The notes under the pieces: model-generated
What the model was told of the DNA's origin: nothing
The model's input: the letters and a program-made list of their open reading frames with translations, nothing else
The model's database searches: none
Translations under genes and position numbers: made by a program
Assembly: GCA_951406725.2 (NCBI GenBank)
Contig: OX597815.1
Location: 77,624,001-77,688,000, forward strand
Direction: 5' to 3'
Length of the DNA: 64,000 bases
Origin: Octopus vulgaris
Taxonomy: Eukaryota
Shown: piece after piece, positions 1 through 12,400 of the stretch
How the letters are laid out: every line of letters begins with the position of its first letter
Numbering within the stretch: the first letter of the stretch is position 1

Positions 1-3000
1 AATTATTTACGTTAAGCTAGTAGCTTTTATTCAGATATGAGTAGCTAAAAGTTTGAAAAATAGGGTGCTGAGTAAAAGGTTTTGGATCATACATCGTTAA
101 CTCTTTTGTTACCATATATTTCTTGAAATGTGCTATTTTTGTTCCAATTAATTTTGAAAATGATGAATAAGTTAAAAAAATAGCTTGGTCATTTTAAAGC
201 TGGTGTTTAGGCCATAAATTAACATGAAATTTTAATGGAACATTTAAAGTTAGCTCATTTAAAAACAGAAAGTTTGTATCAGAACAAAGGGTGGTCTTAG
301 GTAGGTTAATATCAAAAGGGTTGACAATGTTGTGATGTGTCTTTGATCAAAGCATTTAACTCTCACTAGTACAGAACAAATAGCAGTAAAGTAGTTTCTT
401 TCTTTTTTTTCTTTGTTTTTTTTTGGTGGGGAGGTGCATTTAAGCAGATTGATCTATGATCAAAGGTATTTCAGTCATGATCACTCTGTCTTATTGTATG
501 CCAGGGACGGCGTTATGGTTTGATTTGAAGGAAATTTGGTTGTTATTTTTAGCAGATCAAGTTAGGAAATACCTTCACTGAATTGCAATAAATTGAGCCT
601 TGAGTATATGAAACTCACAACTATACACAGCAGGAATATTATACACACAAATAGAGTTTTTGTCTACTATGGATCTTTGAGCGATCTATAGAAATCAATG
701 CATCCTGGCGTTGCCAGAGTGTTATAACCTACAGCTACATTGTATTATTTGTTCCTTTCTTATGGGCAGAATCGGCACAGCTGATACATAGTGAACTGGA
801 TTACTGGCATAATGGAAATTATTGTTTGCTTAAAAGTGAAGTGAGGAAGGGTACAATTTGCATGAGTTTGCATGTAAGTGCTTTTTGTTCTTAAGAAGGA
901 TCACAAACTATATATTGTTTCAACATATAAAAGGGGGTTAATATGATTTTGCACGTTTTCAAAATTTTAATTTCCCACAGTTCCCATCACAATTTCTTCT
1001 CTGTGGACTACCAAGAAAAAAATTTGGAAAAAAGTAAAAAAATGAAGTAATTGAGGTAGGGAGGGAGAAAATTAAAATATTGAGAACATGTTTTTTGGGC
1101 AAAATCCTAATCTCCTGTATTGAAAACATAGGAATCAGAAGAAATTTAGGAAAAAGATAAGGTGGGGGCACAAATGTCACCACGGACATGCTAGAAACCA
1201 CAAGTAAAGGACAAGATTTCTGGGAAAACTTCCTCTTAAGTTTATACCAAAGATCAGGTTTTTAAATATGCTCATCACAAACACAAATTACAGAATAAAA
1301 AAAGGTCATTTCAATTGGATTTGAGCTGTAATTTTGCATGTACATAAAGCAAGAAATAACATAATTTGCACTGAAGTTTTACTACCTAGAGTGTGTGTGT
1401 GTGTGTGTAACAAAGGAAGTTATTTTATGGCGTTCTTTTGTTGGAAGCAGCAAAGTTGCTTCAAACTATCATATAGTTTGCTAATTTCCGTTAAAATATT
1501 TTATTTCTTTATGCTTTGAAAAGAGCAGAAATTGAAAGAGAGGAGAAAGTGAAAAGGTGACATTTGCTTTGAAGTGAGAGCAGAAAGTGAAATATATATG
1601 TATGTCTACATGAAATAGACGTTTGTGTGTGTGTGTGTGTGTTTGCAGGTGAGTGAGAGAGAGAGAGTGAGTGAATGAGTGAAGGTGTGTGTTGTTATGC
1701 ATGTATCTTTTTGCATGTATGTGTAAGTGGCATTCACTTGCGCTCTCTCACAGATATTATCTTTCATATACACGTACATAAATACATAAGCATACATCTT
1801 TTTTGTATGTATGTATGTATGTGTGTGCATGCAAGAGAGAGAATGAGTGATTGTATTTCCTTATAACATATAAAGAAACAGATGTCTTTTAATGAATTTT
1901 TTTTTAGTTGTAGTATTTTAATACAATATTAAAGTGTACATTTTCATAAATGTTCATCTGAACAGAATTTTATGCATGTGTGAAACATTGAATGAAAGTT
2001 AAATATTAGAAACAAATCAAAATATTGTTCCAAAATGACCTCAAAATTGTGAGACCCAACCTCATTTCCATGGTCATTTTATAGGTGAAAAGGAGTTGTT
2101 ATGCCAAAAACATAGTTCATTTGATAGTTAGATGATACGTGGTTTTCTTTATTATAGTACAAACATGACTAATTCGAAGAAACATTATTTTCATTATTCA
2201 CACATAGTCACTCTCATAAGGCAACACTTTGTAATTCTAATTCAAATTGAAAGTGTGAAACTATTTTCACTTTCTAATGAAACCTGGTTGTTGTAGAGAA
2301 GTGTATTTCAAATAACTATAGCTGGTTGTTGAGGTAATGTAGAAAATATGTAAATGAAAATAAAGTTTATTTGGTAGCCGAAAGATTACTGAATCTTTTG
2401 ATACCCATATGTCAAAATCGGCAACTCAATTTTCAAATGCATAAGGGACATATGTGCGCTTGCATGCACGCACACACACACATACACACAAACTCGCTTT
2501 TATATATATATAGATATGTCAAAATTGATAACTCAGTTTTTGAATTCATAGGGACCATATGCATACACACACACACGCACACACACTCACACATACACAT
2601 ACACACATACACATACAAACTATCTTTTACATATATAGATTGATAAATGATTGATAAAAAACAAGAGATACATAATTATTTTCATTAACTTTTAGTTGTT
2701 TCCACTATAAGGAACCATGCTACTCTACCATCATATAGCTTCCTCAGAGCCTACTTTTACCAAAGAAATTCTGAAATTTGCAGATTCACCACAAATACCA
2801 CATATTATCTCAGACAGGTTCAAGTGGTTGAGAAAACAAAAAGACAAAAGACAGTCTTTTTACTAACAAAAATACTCAAAAATACTCACATATAACTCAC
2901 TAGATAAAAGAATATACTTTCACATTGATGTGTGTAGCAATATAGCAACTATAGTAACCTTCCTGATATTTACAATGACGTAATCATAAGGAAAATCTTG

Positions 3001-3243
3001 ATTCTAAACTGCAGAGTAATATAGATTATGTGAGTGTCCATTTTAACTGGTGAGAACTTGAGATATATATAAGTGATATTATATTGACACAATACTTTGC
3101 TGTAATGTAATGTAATGGCTACAAAGACATTCTATTTTAATGGATAAATGAACATATGTGCATAAACATTAATATAATATGTATACATACAAACATACAT
3201 GCTTATATATATACATATATATATATATATAAATATATATCTT

Positions 3244-3254
<11 letters not shown>

Positions 3255-3333
<79 letters not shown>

Positions 3334-3334
3334 C

Positions 3335-3368
<34 letters not shown>
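3255..3368. repeat. (GT)n/(TA)n compound microsatellite
   Basis: Direct reading. Confidence 0.95.
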
Positions 3369-3374
<6 letters not shown>

Positions 3375-3431
3375 CAGAATGAGATAAAAATCCAAGGCTG
3401 TAAAGATTTCAGAACATTTATAAATAGGTTT

Positions 3432-3471
3432 TACAGCTGTTTCCAGGATATTTTATATATCCCTTCATCAG
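3432..3471 (-). ncRNA. minimal type-I hammerhead ribozyme motif
   Basis: Minus strand reads CTGATGA-A-GGGATAT-ATAAA-ATATCCT-G-GAAA-CAGCTG-TA: intact core boxes, helix II, palindromic helix III and a GUA cleavage triplet. Helix I is weak. Confidence 0.7.
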
Positions 3472-3792
3472 AGACAGTGTGAGAAAATGGTTAAGCAATA
3501 ATTATTCTAGATAAGATATGAAATAGAGAGTGAAGTGGGGGAATGAAAATAGACATGAGATATGCAGGGATATTGTATCTTCAGTTCCATTATTTAGACA
3601 GAATGGTATACATATAATATTCCTGTACCTTGAGATTAAATTCCAATAGTATTTAAAATTGGTCATTCCAAGCATAGAGTTTGTAAACGGTCAGTACTGC
3701 ATATCTCACGTCTATGTTCATTCCTCCACTTCACTCTCTATTTCATATCTCATCTAAAATAACTATTGCTTAACCATTTTCTCACACCATCT

Positions 3793-3832
3793 CTGATAAA
3801 AGGATATATAAAATATCCCGGAAACAGCTGTA
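3793..3832 (+). ncRNA. hammerhead motif, mutated copy (CTGATAA)
   Basis: CTGATAA-AAGGATAT-ATAAA-ATATCCCG-GAAA-CAGCTG-TA, the mirror of 3432-3471 with a G-to-A change in the core. Confidence 0.6.
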
Positions 3833-4129
3833 AAACCTTCTATTTATAAATGTTCTGAAATCTTTACAGCCTTGAATTTTTATCTCATTCTGTTAATTTT
3901 TTTATATATACACATGCTGACATATGACCTATGCTGGACTCCTCATTCACATAATCACCGAACCTGGAGCTTAACTATAGTCTGTCCATAGCGCTTACTC
4001 AGTATTACCTGACACCTTTGGGTCTTCTCGACACCATTGTATAAAGAGCCACACTGTACATAGAACCATAGAGATTTATTTGCAATACTATATTAAATGT
4101 TTAATGATTAGATACAATAATGTTGGCTT

Positions 4130-4443
4130 TGTTTTTATTTATGCACCTTTTCAAGCCTAGCCAGGCTGATGGGCCCAGTTTCCCGGTTTCTGTGGTATAT
4201 GTGTTCCCACCAGTTGGATGGGACACCAGTCCATCACAGCGTTACTCAAGAAACAGGAAGAGAAAGTGAGAGAAAGTTGAGGTGAAAGAGTACAACAGGG
4301 GTCGCCACCACCCCCTGCCGGAGAGTTGTGGAGCTTTAGATGTTTTTGCTCAATAAACACACACAATGCCTGGTCTGGGAATCGAAACCGCGATCCTCCA
4401 ACCGCGAGTCTGTTGCCCTAACCACTGGGCCATTGCACCTCCA
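4130..4443 (-). mobile_element. tRNA-derived SINE (tRNA-Arg-like head)
   Basis: Minus strand has A box (TGGCCCAGTGG) and B box (GTTTCGATTCC). Head and body match 35570-35760. A-rich tail. Confidence 0.8.
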
Positions 4444-4737
4444 CAATGTTGGCTTTACAATCTAATTAAGCTTCTGAATAGAATGAGTTTTCTTGTAACA
4501 AGAATGGACGTATTTATTACAAGTTTAGTAAAGAGGTTGTTATTGTGTTGGAGAGATGTTAAAATAACAGAAATGTCATGGTTTTAAATAATTAAGTAAA
4601 AAGAACAGGAAACTCAGCTATAATTGCCTCAAGAGGAACAGTTAAAATACTTGATGCTATACGACAAACTTATTAACCGTATATCCATATATATGAGTCT
4701 GTGTGTGCATGTATACACATATATGTTTATGTCTGTG

Positions 4738-4774
<37 letters not shown>

Positions 4775-5329
4775 CTATATATATGTGTGTGTGTCTATAT
4801 ATGTGTGTGTGTGTGTTTATACATACACACACAAACACACATACATATAAATACACACACACACACATACACATATATAAGGAGAAAATAAAGCATTAGA
4901 AATAGAAAAATTCTTGGAGTCCTTCAACTTTCTCCCCCACCCCACCCTATCACTCTCCCTCCTCTCTCTCCTCTCTCTCCCTCTCTCTCCCTCTCTGTGT
5001 ACATATAATGGAAGTCCAAATGAAGCAGCATCAAATGCTAAAAGTAACCCTATTGAAAATAACAACTAGTAGTTACTATAGCAACATTTGTTTTTCTAAT
5101 GCTACCACCAATATAGCATTTAATTGTAATTTATGTTTATCATCGCTGTTTAGTTTAAGCACTGTTGTCTATTAACAAATTCTTGCATTCACTGCATCTT
5201 CCTTCTGTTTATATCATCATTTTTACCATTCTTTCCCAGCATTCCTAATTGCACGCACATTTGTAGAATGCTGAATGACTTCAGTGTTTTAAATAACATC
5301 ACAGGCTTCAATTCTCAGATGTGTAATCT

Positions 5330-5735
5330 TCACATCTTTGCTTGCCCATTAGACCGGGCCATGCTGAAGTACCATCTTGAAGGATTTTAGTTGAATAAAT
5401 CAATCCTAGGACTTGCTTTTTTTTAAAGTCTGGTACTTATTCTATCAGTTTCTTTTTGCTAAACCACTAAGTGTTACAGGGACATAAACACACCAATGCT
5501 GATCATCCAGCATTGGTGGGAGTCAAACACAGACAAAGATACACACACACACATGCGTGCGTGCACACACACACACACACATACACACAATGGGTTTCTT
5601 TCACAAATCTTTGGTTAGCTAAAGACTATAGTAGAAGACACTTGCCCAAGGTACTGTGAAATGGAACTGAAATGAACCTGGCACAATGTTGCTGAGAAGC
5701 AAAATTTTTCACCACAAGCACGCCTGTGCCTAATG
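5330..5735 (-). mobile_element. degraded tRNA-headed SINE (family of 37740-38155)
   Basis: Shares GACTATAGTAGAAGACACTTGCCCAAGG and GGTACTTATTCTATC blocks in reverse orientation. Confidence 0.7.
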
Positions 5736-5739
5736 GATG

Positions 5740-5790
<51 letters not shown>

Positions 5791-6075
5791 AAGGCAGCAA
5801 GCTGGCAGAATCGTTACTGTGCTGGACGAAATGCTTAGTGGTATTTTGCCTGTCAACCTTTCAAAAAGCAGAGGAAAGGAAAAGAAAACAACTAAAATAA
5901 GACATAGCACAAGCAATGTATTAATATGACGCTCAGAGAAGGAAAAGAGTAGTTGTTTTATGTTTTGAGCATAGCTCTTCTTTGGAAACAAGAAAAACAG
6001 GTAAGTTCAAAGAGAAGCAGCAAGGAGGAGGATAAAAACTGCCAATAATCCACATACAGTTACAATTCTGAATTA

Positions 6076-6119
<44 letters not shown>

Positions 6120-6131
6120 TTAATGTATATA

Positions 6132-6182
<51 letters not shown>

Positions 6183-6374
6183 GTGGTTGTGTTAACCTCA
6201 TGAAGAGATGGTTTCATCCAAGGAAATACTGGTTCAATACCTAGTATTTTGGGGGAATGAATTTCCTTAAAATAATAAGTATGTGTAAAAATATATAGTA
6301 AATATTCATTTAAAAGAAGAAGAAGAAAATGGAGATTAAGATGTTAATTGCTTTTTTATTAATAGCAAATTGGT

Positions 6375-6467
6375 CATCTTCATTTACAGCCGTTTCTATT
6401 AATACTCAATAAACATTAAATTTATATTTTGGGACATGAGCATAATATCATCAGAGGAAAAAAGATG
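6375..6467 (-). ncRNA. type-I hammerhead ribozyme motif with long helix II
   Basis: Minus strand: CATCTT..CTGATGA-TATTATGCTCA-(loop)-TGAGTATTAATA-GAAA-CGGCTG-TA-..AAGATG. Core intact, helix II pairs, distal helix I is CATCTT/AAGATG. Confidence 0.65.
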
Positions 6468-6603
6468 TACCTTGGATGCTATATGTGTGTTTGTGAATTC
6501 ATTTTAGCAGAATCTGCTAGAATTTAATGTGTATTGAGAACTTCCCAATCTCTATTTACTTCTTCTTTTAAAAATATATATATGCATACACACACACACA
6601 CAT

Positions 6604-6662
<59 letters not shown>

Positions 6663-7090
6663 AGAGAGAGAGAGGGACAGATAAAAGAAATAGAGGTGAC
6701 AAAGGGGTAAGCAATTATCTTATGGGGGTCACTTCATGTTTGAGGTTCTGATGAAACTGTAAGGTATTACTCAGGTACTCAGCTATGAGTCCACTACATC
6801 TTATAGGTGGTAACAGCTGTAAGTTAATGAAAGTTCATAAGGTAATAGTTTATTATAGTTATTATAATAGTTATTTTTTCTTATTGCCGCTCTGTATCCA
6901 ACTAATGTTTTCTTCAGAAGTATACATATTTTAAGTTCTACACCAGGTTATTAGTATCGCAATGTCTAAGCAAAATATGTGTATGTATGTATGTATGTAT
7001 GTATGTATGCATGTATGTAAGCTTATATATTTGTTTTTATGTTCAGTTATAATAAAGACAATTTTATATTAATCGGTTGGATTATGCTAT

Positions 7091-7149
7091 GTTGTTGACT
7101 ACCTGATGATGGCATAGCTACCCAAAACTTCGAAGTCACTGTCAACGAC
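7091..7149 (+). ncRNA. type-I hammerhead ribozyme motif (GAAA mutated to AAAA)
   Basis: GTTGTTGAC-TAC-CTGATGA-TGG-CATAGCTAC-CC-AAAA-CTTCGAAG-TC-ACT-GTCAACGAC: 9-bp helix I, palindromic helix III, GUC triplet. Confidence 0.7.
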
Positions 7150-7299
7150 ATTCTAGTTTAAGAATTTTATATAAGAGTGTATATATATGTATATATTTAG
7201 GGGTTTGTTTTGTAGTCTTTAGTTCTTTCCTCTTTAAGACTGAAGTAAACAACAATCAGTTGACTTTTTTAATGCACCCTCTCAGTCAACTCTCATATT

Positions 7300-8230
7300 T
7301 CTTAGTTATACCAATTATTCTAACCTAATTTCCTGAAACCATTATCTGGGTTATAATAAAATTCTAAGCTGAATTATTGTGGTGACTTTACTTTCTTCAT
7401 CTCGAAAACACTCGAGAAGATTTCTTTAATGCGAACTGCTTTATATCATGTTACATGTGGGTCATGTAAATGGTTTAGTAACATATGGCAGCGTCATTGT
7501 TCCTTAGTGTGTAAATCTGAAGGTGTATATTGTCGTTTCAACATTTAGTAAATGAAGTCAAAGAAATACAATAACGATAACAACAACAACAACAATGACA
7601 ACAACACTGTAGAGACTCAGTAAAAAGAATGTTGTGTTAAACATAGCAAGTAACTGTGACTCAAAACATAACATGAAATGTCTTGAGATTCATATTCTTT
7701 TTCACATACTCGTAGTGATATAATTTGTTTATGGCTATCCTAATCTAATTAGTTACAGTTACTTTGTCAAAAACAGAATTAAACTGAAGATTTATGGTAA
7801 CAAAATTTACAAGATAGATGATAAATTTAAAGAAATTTAGACAGTTTGGAAAGTGTTGTTTGAAAGATATGTATCTATCTTTTGACAAGTACATTAGAAA
7901 AATTTCAGTTAAACTTTCACAGTGGGCTAGCAACTTTAGAAGCATCAAGTAATTGAGATAGTGTTATGTATGAATAACGTCTTTTGTCTGAAAGTGAATT
8001 CGTGTTGTATACAACAGAAAGTTTGAAGACGTTTTTGCCTGAAGCAGTATTTCTCTAAAGAATGGTGTTTGTCAGTGCTGGATCAAAATGAAATGAATGC
8101 TAATATGTCTCATTGGGACTTATATAACAAACTGTAGAAGATTTAGTTAAGCCTTGATGTGGAATTTGTTTACATTAATCTTACTGAGAATGACAACTAT
8201 GACAATGGGAAATGAAATATTGCTTCGTTG
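7300..8230 (-). mobile_element. highly degraded Penelope-like element (RT thumb / GIY-YIG C-terminal remnant)
   Basis: Minus-strand fragments such as STVCYISPNETY..FHFDPA..KRLQTFC resemble the PLE 'YxKPTxxxxYLHFxSxHP...QAxRLxxIC' motif. Hammerheads lie adjacent. Many stops and frameshifts. Confidence 0.45.
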
Positions 8231-8607
8231 CAACTAAATGGTTTTATTTTTTACAAAGAAAAGTTTTACTGAGATGTTGAATGACTGTTCTAATCTAGGT
8301 TTCAGTAAAAATTGTTGCACAATATCTGTGTAATGGATATTTGTATGTATGCATTTATGTACATATTATGTGTGTGCTTGTCTGAATGCATTTGTATGTG
8401 TCTAAGTGTCCACTAAATAGGCATCAGTCTGTGGGTATATAAGTGTGTGTGTGTGCGTGTATACATTTGTATATTGTTTCATGTATGCATGTCTAGCTTT
8501 CTATCTAAATTCATGTATATGCACATTGTATGTGAGCCCGTGTGCATGTGTGTGTATGTGTTTATGTATGTAGATGTATGTATATATACATATACATGTG
8601 TATATAT

Positions 8608-8672
<65 letters not shown>

Positions 8673-8863
8673 CACACATATATGCAAACACACACACACA
8701 CACACACAATATATATATATACATAAATAATTAATATTTAGCAGAAACTCTGATCTTGAGTCACTTAGTTGCTTCTACTAAATATTAATAAAAAAAAATA
8801 TGCACACTCATGTTTTGAGTTTTATTGTTTTTGTTCGCATCATCAAGCCTATGTGTGTGTATG

Positions 8864-8905
<42 letters not shown>

Positions 8906-9057
8906 TGTATGTGTTCATACATATCTGTGGGTAACAAGGTAACCAATGATTTCATATGAAGAGATCTCAATTTTTCAACCATACCATATCGAAGTGGTGG
9001 TACTCATCTCCACACATATCTACATGTGTGTGTGTGCGTGTGTGTGTGTGTGTGTGC

Positions 9058-9074
9058 AGATAGAGAGATAGATT

Positions 9075-9145
<71 letters not shown>
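9058..9145. repeat. (GATA)n microsatellite
   Basis: Direct reading. Confidence 0.95.
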
Positions 9146-9146
<1 letters not shown>

Positions 9147-9407
9147 TTACAGAGATGTACTTATGTGACAAGTGTTTCGATCTGAGCTGTCTTGAAACTA
9201 AAATGATTGCAGTGTAGACGACACAAATTAGCCATTCAGAAACACACAAAAAGACTTGCTAACTTCACCTAAACATTTATTGGTAATATGGTGTCAAAAC
9301 GTTTGTTGCCTGAAACTGCAACCTGGTCCTGATAATGTTAAATAGATATGTATGTATGAATGTATATATGTACATATGTATGTATGTATGTATGTATGTC
9401 ATTATTT

Positions 9408-12400
9408 GCATGGTCAGGTCGTCGGCGACTAAACCGGCAACCCCACCAAGCTTGCTTGGTGAGGAGGGTGTTTATTGGACACCCTGCAGGATGAAAAACA
9501 AAACCCGTCAAAGAGCGGAGGACCTCTTGAGAGTCAATGGCCATCCAATAAATGTTAGCACGGGTACATAGAAATTCCAGGGTGGTGTCCGGCGTGCTGA
9601 AAGACCACTGGGAGTGAGGCGCCCCTCAGCTTTTGTTAAAGCACGTCTCTAGGAGAAGGTCACTCTGATATAAAACCAGATATGCAGGGAATGGCATTGA
9701 ACATTTTGGGGATCTTTGGTTTGTGCTAGAGATCATGGTGCTCCCACATCCCTGAGCCTGCGACTCATATTGGCACCAGACATCTTGCTCCGGCTTGTCT
9801 CTGGATAATGTCAATAGAGTGGAGAGGGTCTATGAGGTGTTGTGCAAGCTTTATTGGACCTAAAACTCTGCACAGGCATTGCCAACCTTTTTTTTTTATA
9901 TATATATTTTTAGTATATATTTTCTTCATTTTTAGTATATATATATATATATATATATATATTTTTTTATTCGGAAGTCCTGCGGCGATGGGAAGGTGGT
10001 GAAGCATGCAGACCTGACGGGTTGGAAGCATGTAGTCAGCGACCTGCACGTAGGCGGCCCATGCTAGATATAAAGTCGTCTCCTTGTCGCCCAAGACAGC
10101 GGTAGGATTTGGTTGCTGCATGGGTGTCTGAGCAGCTCCATTTGGAGAGGGCACTGCTCATCTGGAGACCGGGGAGGTTCTAGAAAAGGTGAACCAAAAA
10201 TTGCCTGTCTTTCCATATCTGGTCAGTTTAGCGCGACTGACGGATGTCCACCCTGCGCTTGAAAAACAAACAGTCTTTTATCTATAAAATCTGGACGGAA
10301 CTTAAACATTTCATGTTGGAATGTGTGTACTCTGTTGGACAACAAGAGTGATTGCAGGCCTGAAAGACGCACTGCACTTGTTGCTCGTGAGCTGAACCGT
10401 TATAAAATTGATATAGCTGCACTCTCAGAGACTCGTATAGAAGGTGATGGTCAGCTTGAGGAAGTAGGAGGTGAATACACCTTTTTTTGGAAAGGAAGGC
10501 AGAAGGAGGAGCGCAGAGAGGCTGGTGTTGGTTTTGCAGTCCGATCTGAAATCCTGAAGAAGTTGGAAGAGCTCCCTGTTCCTATAAATGAATGTATAAT
10601 GACCCTACGGTTGCACTTGAAAGGTAAGCGATTTGCTACTCTAATAAGTGCCTATGCACCTACTTTGACTAGCTGTGATGAAGATAAAATAATTTTTTAT
10701 ACCCAGCTGAGAGCCATACTTAGAAAAATCCCCAATTCTGATAAAGTCATTCTATTGGGGGATTTTAATGCCAGAGTAGGAACAGACTGGCAAACATGAA
10801 ACTCTCTAGGACGTTTTGGAGTAGGGAAAATGAATAGCAATGATCTCATGCTACTGGAGCTTTGCGAAGAACATGGACTTTACATTGCAAGTACTCATTT
10901 TGTGCACAAAGGTGATCACACAACAACATGGATGCATCCAAGGTCCAAAGTTTGGCACTTGCTGGATTACGTCATCATCCGCAAACGTGACATTTATGAC
11001 ATTTGTAATGTCAAGTCCTTGCATGGATCAGAATGCTGGACAGACCACAGTCTGGTGCGAGCAAAGTTCTGAATGGTGATTAGGGCGAAAGAGAGGAGAG
11101 GACCAGTCAGCATTCCTCGCCGTCTAAATGTCCACAAGGTATATGACGTTGTGGTTAGGAAAGAGCTTCAGACTCGCTTGTCCAGCATTGAAACTGCTGC
11201 AGGATGGGAAGATTTTCGAGACCAGGTTGTTCAATGTGCAGCCGAAACACTGGGGTATGTTACTGCCAGACACAGAGACTGGTTTGATGAGAATGATGCT
11301 GAAATTCAACGACTATTAGTGGTGAAGCGCCATGCCCACAGTGTGTTACTGCACAGAGAACTGTCTACTGTGCAGCGAAGTCTAGCACTTGCCCACTATA
11401 ACAGTGTAAAATCACTACTGCAGCGATCTCTCAGGAAGATGCAGAACACTTGGTGGGAGGATCTTGCTCGTGATGTTCAGGCTGCTGCTGATGCAAATGA
11501 CAGCAAGAAGCTTTACCATTTTATGAAGCGAGCTTATGGACCTAAGAGCTCTACATCAGCTCCTTTGCTTTCCAAGAAGTCTTCCACTATGTTTACCAAA
11601 TCAACAGAAATCACAGGTCGCTGGATCGAACACTTCTCTGAACTCCTAAACCATGAGTCAGTTGTGGATGAAACAGTGATTGGTACTATGAAACAAAGAC
11701 ATATCATTGACTCCTTAGACTCCTCGCCATCAATACATGAAGTAATGACATCAATAAGTAAATTGAATCTTGGTAGGGCACCTGGAAAGGATGGAATTTG
11801 TGCTGAGGTCTTGCGATTTGGTGGTAATTGCATCACACAGTCCCTTCATGAACTTATTAGTGCAGTCTGGAGGGATGGTGCAATCCCTAAGGACTGGAAG
11901 GGTGCAATTATTCTTCCTCTGTATAAAGGAAAAGGAGCCAGAACAATGTGTGGTAACTACAGAGGTATTGCTCTACTATCAGCTGCTGGCAAAGTTCTGG
12001 CAAATATTCTTCTTACCTGTCTGAATGGGTGTCTCGTAAATGATGTCCTATCTGAATCTCAATGTGGCTTCCGATCTGGTAGAGGGACAATGGATATGAT
12101 TTTCACAGCAAGACAGATGCAGGAGAAGTGCTATGAGCAGAATATGGATCTTGTCCAGGTATTCATTGATTTAACTAAGGCCTTTGATACAGTAAATAGG
12201 GCCTTTCTATGGAAAATACTTGGCAAACTTGGATGTCCAGATCACTTTGTATCAATAATTAAATCATTTCATGATGGGATGGAGGCTTGGGTCAATGTTG
12301 GTGGTGCCATGGCAGGACCCATTCCTGTAGAGAATGGTGTTAAGCAGGGTGACATCCTTGCCCCAACTCTCTTTTCTTTGTACTTTGCTGCTACTTTTAC

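Larger units (their letters stand above)
3369..3898. repeat. ~200-bp inverted repeat (foldback), Penelope pLTR-like, each arm with a hammerhead motif
   Basis: Arm 3369-3567 (AATTAACAGAATGAGATAAAAATCCAAGG...) is the near-exact reverse complement of 3697-3898, with a ~130-bp spacer. Flanked by (TA)n. Confidence 0.85.

Noticed and set aside
1334-9249. Many 60-120-aa ORFs rich in C/V/Y/I/H/T
   Set aside because: They are translations of (TG)n, (TA)n, (TATG)n and (GATA)n microsatellites.
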